DNA from: Patescibacteria group bacterium
Lineage (GTDB): Bacteria > Patescibacteriota > Dojkabacteria > JAKAPS01
Reading direction: 5' to 3'
Assembly (NCBI GenBank): GCA_025450075.1
Contig: JANWIC010000007.1
Location: 39,289-103,288 of the forward strand
DNA length: 64,000 bases
The stretch's first letter is position 1. Each line of letters opens with the position of its first letter. Made by a program: the position numbers and the translations under genes. This document shows, in pieces, positions 49,385 through 58,303 of this stretch. The notes beneath the pieces were generated by a model. That model had not been told where the DNA came from and did not search any database. It saw nothing but the letters and a program-made list of their open reading frames with translations.

Positions 49385-49822
49385 ATGGAACTACACTCTC
49401 TCAAAAAAATTACAGATAAAAAGAAAAAAGTTGTCGGACGCGGATACGGATCTGGAAAAGGTGGACATACTTCAGGAAGAGGATCAAAAGGACAAAATGC
49501 AAGAGCAGGCGGAAAATTACGTCCACTATTTGAAGGAGGACAAAATCCATTAAGTATGCGAATTCCACACAAACGTGGATTTAAAAGAGCATTTAAAGAA
49601 AATAGTGAAATTGTAAAGCTAGACAGCCTTAACATGTTTGAAGACGGAAATACCGTTAGCCCGGCAGAATTGTTCAAAACAGGCCTTATCACAGGGAACG
49701 GAACTCCAAAGATATTGGATCACGGAACTCTTACAAAAAAAATTAATCTTATCGGTGTGATGTGTTCCAAATCTGCAAAAGAAAAAATTGAAAAGCAGGG
49801 AGGAAGCGTATCATGGAAATAA
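49385..49822 (+). CDS. rplO: 50S ribosomal protein L15
   Basis: GRGYGSG and FEGGQ. Confidence 0.98.
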   Translation: MELHSLKKITDKKKKVVGRGYGSGKGGHTSGRGSKGQNARAGGKLRPLFEGGQNPLSMRIPHKRGFKRAFKENSEIVKLDSLNMFEDGNTVSPAELFKTGLITGNGTPKILDHGTLTKKINLIGVMCSKSAKEKIEKQGGSVSWK

Positions 49823-51090
49823 TAGACAATCTGAAAAGAGCTTTCAACAATCCTGAAATACGGAAGAAAGTACTTTTCACTCTTATAATTCTTGTCATTT
49901 ATCGTTTATTAGCAAATATTCCAACCCCGGGTATTAACAGAACCGCACTCCAGTCTCTCTTCTCACAAAACCAATTTTTAGGATTATTAAATGTCTTCTC
50001 AGGAGGAACATTTGCAAATTTTGCTATTATTACAGTCGGTTTGACTCCATATATCACCGCATCTGTTGTCGTACAGCTTCTAACTTCAATATTTCCTCGA
50101 CTTGAAGAATTACAACAAGAAGGAGAAAGAGGAAGAAGAGTTCTTATTCAGCTTACTAGAATTCTTACAGTACCGTTGGCAGTCGTTCAGGCTTTAAGTG
50201 TCTTTTTCCTATTGAAAAACCAGAATGTAATCCAAAGCATTGATACGCTTTCAGCAATTACATTGCTTGTTACGTTAACTGCAGGTGCAATCTTACTTAT
50301 GTGGTTGGGAGAAATATTGACGGAAAGCGGTATCGGTCAAGGAATTTCATTTTTGATTGCATGTAATGTACTATCAGCATTCCCACATGCATTAGTGCAG
50401 ACATTTCAATCCCAAACAATTGACTTTATCACTATTATTGCATTAGTAGGTTTATTTTTGCTTGTAATAGTCGGCATTGTCTTTATTAATGAGGCGGTAC
50501 GAAATATCCCACTCAATTATACGAAGCGTATACGAGGAAACAAAACGATGGGAGGAAATTCTGGTTCATTACCAATGAAAGTTAATACTGCAGGTGTTAT
50601 GCCGGCTATTTTTGCCTTGTCTATGATTATCTTTCCTCTTACAGTTGGAAAATTCCTTTCAAACGCATCATCTGCACAGGTACGAACTATTGCAACAAAT
50701 ATCGTAAATTTCTTGAATAATCAAACATATTATGCGATTATATACTTCCTTTTAGTATTTATATTTACCTATTTCTATGCATATATCGTTTTTAGTCCAG
50801 ATAAGGTAGCAGAAAACTTGCAATCTCAAGGCGGCTTTATTCCAGGAATTAGGCCGGGAGAGAAAACTGCAGAATACTTATCTAAAATACTTGGAAGAAT
50901 TACTTTTGTTGGTGGAATTTTCTTAGCAGTAATAGTCACCCTTCCAATTATCATGCAGAATGCAACAAATATCACAACGCTTTCTGTCGGTGGAACTGGT
51001 CTTATCATCGTTATTGGAGTGATATTACAAACCGTAAGCCAATTGAAGTCATACATGGTAACTCGCTCTTACGAAAATTTTGCCAGATAA
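49813..51090 (+). CDS. secY: preprotein translocase subunit SecY
   Basis: PYITAS, GIGQGIS, AGVMP and FIPGIRPG. About 10 TMs. Confidence 0.98.
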   Translation: MEIIDNLKRAFNNPEIRKKVLFTLIILVIYRLLANIPTPGINRTALQSLFSQNQFLGLLNVFSGGTFANFAIITVGLTPYITASVVVQLLTSIFPRLEELQQEGERGRRVLIQLTRILTVPLAVVQALSVFFLLKNQNVIQSIDTLSAITLLVTLTAGAILLMWLGEILTESGIGQGISFLIACNVLSAFPHALVQTFQSQTIDFITIIALVGLFLLVIVGIVFINEAVRNIPLNYTKRIRGNKTMGGNSGSLPMKVNTAGVMPAIFALSMIIFPLTVGKFLSNASSAQVRTIATNIVNFLNNQTYYAIIYFLLVFIFTYFYAYIVFSPDKVAENLQSQGGFIPGIRPGEKTAEYLSKILGRITFVGGIFLAVIVTLPIIMQNATNITTLSVGGTGLIIVIGVILQTVSQLKSYMVTRSYENFAR

Positions 51091-51144
51091 TTCGCAAGAT
51101 ATGCCATTATTATGGTATGATTTTTGATATATTAGCCCAATATT

Positions 51145-51726
51145 ATGCTCATTTTCATTATAGGACCATCTGCATCAGGAAAGGGGACGCAAGCTGAGTT
51201 GCTTGCTCAGCATTATCATGTTCCTCACATCAGTATTGGAGACTTGTTTCGACAAGAGATCCATAACGGAACAGAGATAGGAAAACAAATACAGCCGATT
51301 GTTGAAAAAGGAGATTTTGTTCCAGGATTAATAGCACAACAGGTATTAAAACAGCATCTCGAAAATGCATTTGTAGAACAAGGAGGAGCAATTGTTGACG
51401 GGTTTCCAAGATTACATGATCAGGCACATGAGATTCAACCAGTTGTTGATACATACAAAGGACCGTTTAGAGTAATCCATTATGTCCTTTCATATGAAGA
51501 ATGTGAAAAAAGAGAAGAAGTAAGAAAGCAAGCAGGAGGTGCCAGAAAAGATGATTTTGTCTTAAAAGAAAGGTATGATGCATATGCTGTAGAAATTGAG
51601 GCAATAAGGCAATATTATCAGGAGCAAGGCAAGCTTATTGAAATTGATGCAAGACCTGATATCGATCATATTTTCCATGAATCCTTAGCCCGACTAGAAG
51701 AAAGTATCGCAAATGAAAAAATATGA
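51145..51726 (+). CDS. adk: adenylate kinase (short-LID type)
   Basis: GPSASGKGTQ, DGFPR and RKDD. Confidence 0.93.
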   Translation: MLIFIIGPSASGKGTQAELLAQHYHVPHISIGDLFRQEIHNGTEIGKQIQPIVEKGDFVPGLIAQQVLKQHLENAFVEQGGAIVDGFPRLHDQAHEIQPVVDTYKGPFRVIHYVLSYEECEKREEVRKQAGGARKDDFVLKERYDAYAVEIEAIRQYYQEQGKLIEIDARPDIDHIFHESLARLEESIANEKI

Positions 51727-52468
51727 TTTAAAAACAAAGGAACAAATTGCAATTATGGCCGAAGGAGGCCATATTCTTGGGAATATCCTAAAAGAACTCG
51801 GAAATGCATCTCAAGTTGGTGTCAGTACCAAATCAATAGAAATTCTAGCGGACAAGTTATGCAAAGAATATGCTGTAACGGCAGCGACAAAGGGATACAA
51901 AGGGTTTCCTGCAAGTTATTGTTCGTGTGTGAATGATGTTGTAGTTCATGGCATTCCATCGAGTCATGAAATACTAAAAGATGGTGATGTTTTCACCATT
52001 GACATGGTATTAAAGTATAAAGGACTTCATACCGATGCAGCTATCACTGTTCCAATCGGAAATGTTTCTAAGGAAAACCTGGATTTTCTCGCAACCGTTA
52101 AAAAGGCAAGAGATGAGGCAATTGCAAAGGTAAAACCGGGAAGAAGGATCGGAGATTTATCAGCAATCATGGAATATACTGTTCGTTTAAAGGGCTATAG
52201 CCCAGTACGTGAGCTCATTGGACATGGTATAGGACGAACAATGCATGAGGAACCGGAAATCCCTTGTTATGGCCTTCCGGGAACCGGTCCGGTCATTGAA
52301 GAAGGTATGACGCTAGCAATTGAGGCAATTATTGCTAAAGGAAAGCCAGATGTGACGTTTTCACGTGAAGACGGATGGACAGTTAGGACAAAAGATGGTA
52401 ATATAGCTGCGGTGTTTGAACATACTGTTGCAGTCACGAAAAATGGCTGTATGATTTTGACAGTTTAA
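51713..52468 (+). CDS. map: methionine aminopeptidase type I
   Basis: VVHGIP, GHGIG..MHEEP and FEHT. Confidence 0.97.
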   Translation: MKKYDLKTKEQIAIMAEGGHILGNILKELGNASQVGVSTKSIEILADKLCKEYAVTAATKGYKGFPASYCSCVNDVVVHGIPSSHEILKDGDVFTIDMVLKYKGLHTDAAITVPIGNVSKENLDFLATVKKARDEAIAKVKPGRRIGDLSAIMEYTVRLKGYSPVRELIGHGIGRTMHEEPEIPCYGLPGTGPVIEEGMTLAIEAIIAKGKPDVTFSREDGWTVRTKDGNIAAVFEHTVAVTKNGCMILTV

Positions 52469-52470
52469 TA

Positions 52471-52499
52471 TTGCAAACTCCTTGTTTGTTTGATATAAT
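52471..52499 (+). promoter_or_regulatory. internal promoter for infA-rpmJ-rpsM-rpsK-rpoA
   Basis: TTGCAA-17 bp-TATAAT with an extended TG. Confidence 0.75.
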
Positions 52500-52526
52500 T
52501 CGTGCGTTCTTTATAAACAAGGCCAT

Positions 52527-52754
52527 ATGAGTGATAATGACAAGAAATATGAGGTTGACGCAAGAGTGTTGGAAGTGCTTCCAAACTCTTCTTTCAAACT
52601 AAATATTGAAGGAACAGATCACGAAATAATTGGCTATATATCAGGCAAAATGAGGATGAACTATATCCGAATCACAGTAGGTGACCGGGTAAAGGTTGAA
52701 CTGTCCCCATATGATTTAAAACGGGGACGTATTACATACAGATATAATAAGTAG
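52527..52754 (+). CDS. infA: translation initiation factor IF-1
   Basis: ISGKMR and [13 protein letters not shown]. Confidence 0.98.
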   Translation: MSDNDKKYEVDARVLEVLPNSSFKLNIEGTDHEIIGYISGKMRMNYIRITVGDRVKVELSPYDLKRGRITYRYNK

Positions 52755-52757
52755 GAT

Positions 52758-52874
52758 ATGAAAATTAAAGCTTCTATAAAAAAACGATGCACGGGTTGTT
52801 ACCTGGTAAAACGGGAAGGTGTTTTGTATATCTATTGCAAAACAAACCCCAAACATAAGCAAAGACAAGGATAA
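52758..52874 (+). CDS. rpmJ: 50S ribosomal protein L36 (not in the ORF track)
   Basis: Manual translation [38 protein letters not shown]. Confidence 0.97.
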   Translation: MKIKASIKKRCTGCYLVKREGVLYIYCKTNPKHKQRQG

Positions 52875-52892
52875 TATATTACATCTTAACTA

Positions 52893-53288
52893 ATGGCTCA
52901 ATCAATTAGAATCGCAGGAGTAGAAATACCAACACAAAAAAAAGTAAATATAGCACTTACCTATATCTACGGAATTGGAATGACATCTGCAGCAAAGATT
53001 GTAGAACAGGCAAAAATTGATAAATCAAAGAGGGCTAAAGACCTTACTGATGATGAAATCAATCGGATGCGGGCAATTGTAGAAGGCGGATCATATAAGA
53101 TTGAAGGTGAACTTCGCCAGCAACTATACCAGAACATTAAAAGACTTAAAGATATTAGATCCTACCGAGGTGTTCGTCATAAACTGGGACTTCCAGTAAG
53201 AGGACAACGAACCCGAAGCAATGCAAAAACCCGAAAAGGAAGACATATTGCAGTCGGAGGATTAAAGCATAAGCTTGAGAAAACTTAA
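52893..53288 (+). CDS. rpsM: 30S ribosomal protein S13
   Basis: LTYIYGIG and GLPVRGQRT. Confidence 0.98.
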   Translation: MAQSIRIAGVEIPTQKKVNIALTYIYGIGMTSAAKIVEQAKIDKSKRAKDLTDDEINRMRAIVEGGSYKIEGELRQQLYQNIKRLKDIRSYRGVRHKLGLPVRGQRTRSNAKTRKGRHIAVGGLKHKLEKT

Positions 53289-53305
53289 TTTAACATTATT
53301 CCAGT

Positions 53306-53737
53306 ATGGCTAAGAAAAAGGACGAAAAAAAGGCTGCAAAGAAAATTGTAAAAAAGACAAAGCCGGTAAAAGCAAAGAAGATTAAAGAAATGGTGACAAA
53401 GGGGAATGCATATATCTATTCCACTTTTAACAATACTGTTGTTACCTTAACGGATGAATCAGGAAAAGTTTTAAGTGCAAGCAGCGGTGGTGTTGTTGGG
53501 TTTAAGGGAACTAGGAAATCTACACCTTATGCTGCATCACGTGCATCTGAAGATGCTGTAAATAAATCATTAAAATACGGATTAAAAGAAGTTGATGTTT
53601 TTGTCAAAGGTCCAGGACCGGGAAGACAAATGGCTGTAAAAGCCATCCGAAGTGCCGGACTGAAGGTCACTTCATTAACTGATGTTACTCCTATCCCACA
53701 TAATGGGTGCAGGCCAAAAAAGAGGCCGAGAAAATAA
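53306..53737 (+). CDS. rpsK: 30S ribosomal protein S11 with Lys-rich N-terminal extension
   Basis: STFNNT, KSTPYAA and [12 protein letters not shown]. Confidence 0.98.
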   Translation: MAKKKDEKKAAKKIVKKTKPVKAKKIKEMVTKGNAYIYSTFNNTVVTLTDESGKVLSASSGGVVGFKGTRKSTPYAASRASEDAVNKSLKYGLKEVDVFVKGPGPGRQMAVKAIRSAGLKVTSLTDVTPIPHNGCRPKKRPRK

Positions 53738-53755
53738 TATATTATTTGTTATACA

Positions 53756-54520
53756 ATGTTAGATCCTAATGTAACTCAGGTAAAAGTTGTTGAAGAAACG
53801 GAAAATTTTGGACGTTTTGAAATTGAACCGTTAGAACGGGGATACGGTCAGACAGTTGGAAATACACTACGACGTGTATTACTATCATCCCTTAGCGGCG
53901 CCGCTGTATCATCCGTAAAAATTAACGGTGCAAAACATGAATATACGACTCTTGCAGGCGTAGAAGAAGATTTATTAAATATTGTTTTGAATTTGAAAGA
54001 GTTACGAATCAGATCATTTACTTCTGAAAAACAAACTATCTATTTAAATATCAAAAAAGCAGGGGAAGTAAAAGCAGTAGATCTTGAAACTGGATCTGAT
54101 CTTGAAATCTTAAACCCTGAACTGGTTATCGCAACCCTTGCTGATTCAAAAAATCCACTTAGTATGGAAATTACTGTTGAAACAGGTGTTGGGTATAATA
54201 CGATGGAAGATAGAAGACAGGAAATTGGTTTAATTCCAGTTGATGCTAACTTCAGCCCTGTTGAACGTGTGAATTTTGAAGTAGGATCAGCACGTCTAGG
54301 TCAGGTTACTGATCTTGATAAACTGACGATTGAAATATATACAAAGACAATTAAACCATCAGAGGCACTTGCTCAGGCATTAGACCTGTATGTAGTAAAG
54401 CTTCAAGAAATAAGAAGCCAGGTGCAAGTAGAAGCTCTTGTAGCAGTAGAAGAGAAAGCCCCTAAAGCTGTTAAGAAAATAGCTGCAAAAAAGACAACAA
54501 CTAAAAAAGCTAAAAAATAA
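53756..54520 (+). CDS. rpoA: RNA polymerase alpha subunit lacking the alpha-CTD
   Basis: EPLERGYGQTVGNTLRRVLLSS and DANFSPV. 254 aa, ending in a Lys/Ala tail. Confidence 0.97.
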   Translation: MLDPNVTQVKVVEETENFGRFEIEPLERGYGQTVGNTLRRVLLSSLSGAAVSSVKINGAKHEYTTLAGVEEDLLNIVLNLKELRIRSFTSEKQTIYLNIKKAGEVKAVDLETGSDLEILNPELVIATLADSKNPLSMEITVETGVGYNTMEDRRQEIGLIPVDANFSPVERVNFEVGSARLGQVTDLDKLTIEIYTKTIKPSEALAQALDLYVVKLQEIRSQVQVEALVAVEEKAPKAVKKIAAKKTTTKKAKK

Positions 54521-54523
54521 CGC

Positions 54524-54880
54524 ATGAGACATCTTGTAAAAAAACATAAATTAAATAAAGCTAAAAGCCATAGAGAAGCAATGTTAAAGAACTTGGCAGC
54601 TCAAGTGATTCAATATGAACACGTTGATACAACAAGTGCTAAAGCAAAAGCTGTTCTCCCCCTCATTGATAAAATGATTAATATCGGAAAGAAAAACAAT
54701 ATACAATCAATCCGAAGATTGCACCAGAAACTCTATGATGAGCTTGCTATTAAAAAGATTCAAGATGTACTTGCAAAAAGATATGAAAATAAAAATTCAG
54801 GATATGCAAGTATTATAAAGATTAAGAACAGATCTGGAGACAATGCCCAGATTGTTCGCATTATGCTAACGGAGGAATAA
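54524..54880 (+). CDS. rplQ: 50S ribosomal protein L17
   Basis: MRH, TTSAKAK and RSGDNA. Confidence 0.97.
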   Translation: MRHLVKKHKLNKAKSHREAMLKNLAAQVIQYEHVDTTSAKAKAVLPLIDKMINIGKKNNIQSIRRLHQKLYDELAIKKIQDVLAKRYENKNSGYASIIKIKNRSGDNAQIVRIMLTEE

Positions 54881-54881
54881 T

Positions 54882-55316
54882 ATGCAAAAAACTAAATCAA
54901 TAAAAAAAGCAGATCTACAACTTAACTGGTATGTTATTGATGCAAAAGAAATGAACCTTGGAAGGCTTGCAGTTGAAGCTTCGGGACTTCTAATGGGAAA
55001 AAAGAAGGTAACATATGCAAAAAATCTTTTCTCAGGTGATAATGTTATTATCATAAATGCAAAAGATGTAAAAGTTACTCCTCGAAAAGTAACAGATAAA
55101 ATGTATTACAGACACTCAGGATTTCCTGGAGGACTACGGGCATTATCTTTTGAAGGAATGATGAAGAAGAATCCATCAGCAGTTATTCGAGAAGCTATCC
55201 ACGGAATGGTTCCAAAAACCAAAATGGGAGCAGAAATACTTTCTCACTTGTATGTATACAATGATGAGAAAAACCCTCATGAAGCACAAAAGCCAATTAA
55301 ATTAGAAAGAAAATAA
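54882..55316 (+). CDS. rplM: 50S ribosomal protein L13
   Basis: WYVIDA, LGRLA, YYRHSGFPGG and HEAQKP. Confidence 0.98.
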   Translation: MQKTKSIKKADLQLNWYVIDAKEMNLGRLAVEASGLLMGKKKVTYAKNLFSGDNVIIINAKDVKVTPRKVTDKMYYRHSGFPGGLRALSFEGMMKKNPSAVIREAIHGMVPKTKMGAEILSHLYVYNDEKNPHEAQKPIKLERK

Positions 55317-55727
55317 ATGGAAACGAAAAAAGTCAAAAAAAATACAGAAGTACATTCCGTAGGTAGAAGAAAAGAATCTATTTGTACAATTACCTTCTTT
55401 AAAGGAGAAGGAGAAAATATGGTAAATGGAAAGAAGGTTGAAGAATACTTTACTGAGCAATCTCATAAAGCGCTTATCATGCTTCCATTAATTGCAACGA
55501 ATACGTTAGGACATTACCATTTTACTGCACGCGTATCAGGAGGAGGACTTGTCGGACAAGCCGATGCACTCCGACTTGCTATTGCACGTTCTTTATCAGA
55601 AGCAGAACCTGAATTACACCATATTCTTGCAAAGGAAGGGTTGTTGAGCAGGGATCCTCGAGTCAAAGAAAGAAAGAAAGTTTTCTTTGTCAGAGCACGT
55701 AAAAGACCACAATACTCAAAACGTTAA
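55317..55727 (+). CDS. rpsI: 30S ribosomal protein S9
   Basis: GRRK, GGGLVGQA, RDPRVKERKK and QYSKR. Confidence 0.98.
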   Translation: METKKVKKNTEVHSVGRRKESICTITFFKGEGENMVNGKKVEEYFTEQSHKALIMLPLIATNTLGHYHFTARVSGGGLVGQADALRLAIARSLSEAEPELHHILAKEGLLSRDPRVKERKKVFFVRARKRPQYSKR

Positions 55728-56953
55728 TCATTATCCGAATGTTCCGGTAAATAGAACCCGTGAATTTTTCGTTCTATTCTGTTTTTCATATAATAGGTGG
55801 AAAGCGGAGCAATCATCGTTTGGCCATATTTTCTTTTAATCTTTTGAAGAGCATTTTGTAATTGAGAAGAGGACTCTGAAAAAAGATCTACAGGAAGATC
55901 ATATTCTGAAACAAGAAGTGATGTATGTACTCCAATCTGTCTAATAGTACTTCCCTCAGTAAAAATAGATGAAAATATTCCCTTGCTTTGGGTAAATAGG
56001 ATATGTGGGTCATATGTATATATTTCCATTGTCCTATTCGAATAGAGAGAAGTAAAATCTGTGAATCTTGCATGTACGCCAATACATCGTGCTTTCATCC
56101 CTTTTTCTTTCATCCGAAATGCTACTCTTTGTACAAGACCATAAAGGACTTTCTCACATGATTTCCTATCTACCAGGTCATTTGGGAGCGTTATCTCGTG
56201 GCTGAATGATTTAGGAGCATCCTTGGTCGGTACAACTTCTTCCAGGTCAATACCTGCTGCTGTATTATATAAAAAGATTGCTAAATACTCCCCGAATTCA
56301 TTTTTAATAATTTCTATGGGAAAATTATTTAATTCTTTAAATGTATAGATACCAAGACTATGAAGCCTTTTGGTAATTCTTCTTCCGATTCCGGATATTT
56401 CTTCAACCCGAGTGTTAGGGATAATCCGGGATATATCTTCTTGGGTGAGAATCGTTAATCCATCCGGCTTATGGAGATTTGAAGCAAATTTTGCCATTCG
56501 CTTGTTTTGAGCAATTCCGATAGAGCAGGTAATTGCTTCTCCAAGCTGGCTTTTAAAATCCTTTTTAATCTCTTTTGCAATAGATTCCAATTTTTTCCAA
56601 TCAGTTATCCCCTGCGAATCTATATATACTTCATCGATACTTGCAACTTCAATACATAAGAAATATTTGGAAAGAATGGAAATGAAAGCATCGTGGATTG
56701 ATGCATACTTATCCCCATCCCCATATACCCGCATAACAAACGGGCAGAGTTTTTCTGCCTCATATATTTTCATGCCCGTCTTTATCCCATATAGCTTTGC
56801 TTCTCTTGAGGCAGCCACTACTATTGTTCGTTTTTCTTCACCTGTGACAATAATGGGTTTTCCACGAAGAGAAGGATGATCCTGCTGCTCAACTGAAGCG
56901 AAATATGAATTCATATCAAGACAGATTATCCTTCTGTCAGTTTTCGATTTCAT
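55724..56953 (-). CDS. dinB: Y-family DNA polymerase IV
   Basis: DMNSYFASVE, ASREAK..G, ASIDEVY, AKFAS..HKPDG and ISGIG. Start at 56953 (or 56980). Confidence 0.95.
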   Translation of the reverse strand: MKSKTDRRIICLDMNSYFASVEQQDHPSLRGKPIIVTGEEKRTIVVAASREAKLYGIKTGMKIYEAEKLCPFVMRVYGDGDKYASIHDAFISILSKYFLCIEVASIDEVYIDSQGITDWKKLESIAKEIKKDFKSQLGEAITCSIGIAQNKRMAKFASNLHKPDGLTILTQEDISRIIPNTRVEEISGIGRRITKRLHSLGIYTFKELNNFPIEIIKNEFGEYLAIFLYNTAAGIDLEEVVPTKDAPKSFSHEITLPNDLVDRKSCEKVLYGLVQRVAFRMKEKGMKARCIGVHARFTDFTSLYSNRTMEIYTYDPHILFTQSKGIFSSIFTEGSTIRQIGVHTSLLVSEYDLPVDLFSESSSQLQNALQKIKRKYGQTMIAPLSTYYMKNRIERKIHGFYLPEHSDND

Positions 56954-57173
56954 GAAGGGTACAGATGTTGTTTTTTCCATGGATAGAAATTTTGTAATAG
57001 GTATCTTGGCATTGAAGAGAATAATAGTAGATTCGGTATGACCCCTCCCATTTGGTATATGCCATATGGATGTTATCTACCATGATTTTCTTATTTTTCC
57101 ATGAAAATGCTATCGGAACAATTGATCCGTTTTTAAATACTGAAAATACATTGATATGTTCGTTTATTGCCAT
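56937..57173 (-). CDS. small beta-rich protein overlapping dinB (possibly DUF6504-like)
   Basis: VPIAFSWK...YYYSL...YKI pattern. Overlaps the dinB start. Confidence 0.7.
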   Translation of the reverse strand: MAINEHINVFSVFKNGSIVPIAFSWKNKKIMVDNIHMAYTKWEGSYRIYYYSLQCQDTYYKISIHGKNNICTLHEIEN

Positions 57174-57194
57174 ATACAAGAGAATATATACAAA

Positions 57195-57223
57195 ATGATA
57201 GCCGAAGAAGAACCGAATGTCAA
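57195..57223 (-). promoter_or_regulatory. dinB cassette promoter with TTCGG-N6-TTCGG in the spacer
   Basis: Minus strand reads TTGACA-ttcggttcttcttcggc-TATCAT (17-bp spacer). Confidence 0.75.
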
Positions 57224-57840
57224 TATGTGGAAGTTATGAAGAACAGGAGGACACAGACACTTAACGGGATAAGAATATCATCAATCCCCTTTTGTGAAAT
57301 ATATTCTACTCCACTGACTAGTAAGGCTACAATGGGAAGAATGAAAATATATTGTGATTTAAATATGAGGATAAGAATGAAATATGCAGAAAGTGCAAAG
57401 ACAAACGAGCCGGTAATTGATTTATGTGTGTTTTTTCTTATCTTTCCGGCAATTGATGCTAATGGATCAGAAAGAGATAGGATTAGGATTGCAGCAGCAA
57501 AATGAGTAAGAGTTGAACTGACCAGATACGTTAAAAGAATTCCTACTGGAAAAAATAGTTCACCATATGTTTGACGGTTTGTCATATGGATTGCCTTAAA
57601 TATTTTGAAACGATAGGAGAAAGTTATTACTAAAATATATAAAGCACACAAAAGAATGAAATATGCAAAGGGAAGTACAACTGCAAGAAGTAATGCAATG
57701 ATCCCAGATAAAGCATGGATAATTGGCCGTGCAAAAGGCTGGAAAGCTATAGATTTCCTGGAAAATATCTCAATAAGTATGAGAAAAAATGCCTGAAGGA
57801 TTAAAAGAACTGCAGTAATAAAGAATGTTTGTAGATCCAT
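57220..57840 (-). CDS. CTP-dependent polyprenol kinase / cytidylyltransferase-like membrane protein (dolichol/phytol kinase family)
   Basis: RPIIH, YGELFFP, SDPLASIAGK, KSITGS and GIDD. Multiple TMs. Confidence 0.8.
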   Translation of the reverse strand: MDLQTFFITAVLLILQAFFLILIEIFSRKSIAFQPFARPIIHALSGIIALLLAVVLPFAYFILLCALYILVITFSYRFKIFKAIHMTNRQTYGELFFPVGILLTYLVSSTLTHFAAAILILSLSDPLASIAGKIRKNTHKSITGSFVFALSAYFILILIFKSQYIFILPIVALLVSGVEYISQKGIDDILIPLSVCVLLFFITSTY

Positions 57841-57888
57841 AATATGTATTTTCAATTCTCATCCTATTTAGGATATAATAGCAAAAAG

Positions 57889-57963
57889 CGGGGTGTAGCT
57901 TAGTTGGATGAAAGCGCCAGGCTGGGGGTCTGGAGACCGTCCGTTCGAGTCGGATCACCCCGA
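57889..57963 (+). tRNA. tRNA-Pro(GGG), CCA not encoded
   Basis: Acceptor CGGGGTG/CACCCCG-A, anticodon arm CCAGG-CTGGGGG-TCTGG, T-loop TTCGAGT. Upstream TTCAAT-17-TATAAT. Confidence 0.95.
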
Positions 57964-58302
57964 TTACAAGTTATTCGTATATCCCGCTTCTAGATCATCC
58001 CTTCGTATAAACTTAGAGCTGACAAGAGTATAGTTTGAATTCTCAGTATTTGCTACCTGATTTGTTGTAATTAAGCTTCTTTGCAATTGTTCATTAACGC
58101 TTTGGATATTGGAGAAGTTGCTGTTACTGCTCGGGTTATTCGGATTTGTAATAAAACCTTTTGAATTAATAAAGAAGAATAGGATAACAGTAAGAAAAAT
58201 TACCAACGGTATTGCTATCATGATAATCGGATACAGATAGGAATTCTTTCTAGGATATATTGTTGGGACTTCTTCATTTTGAGCAGGTGTGACGTGATCC
58301 AT
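57964..58302 (-). CDS. single-TM hypothetical protein, possibly 3'-truncated
   Basis: TM followed by an Asn/Ser-rich segment. The stop codon directly abuts the tRNA-Pro discriminator base. Confidence 0.6.
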   Translation of the reverse strand: MDHVTPAQNEEVPTIYPRKNSYLYPIIMIAIPLVIFLTVILFFFINSKGFITNPNNPSSNSNFSNIQSVNEQLQRSLITTNQVANTENSNYTLVSSKFIRRDDLEAGYTNNL

Positions 58303-58303
58303 G

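Noticed and set aside
27792-55054. Many antisense or alternate-frame ORFs in the track overlapping rpoBC, fusA, tuf and ribosomal genes
   Set aside because: They are shadows of strongly conserved genes and carry no motifs or independent signals.
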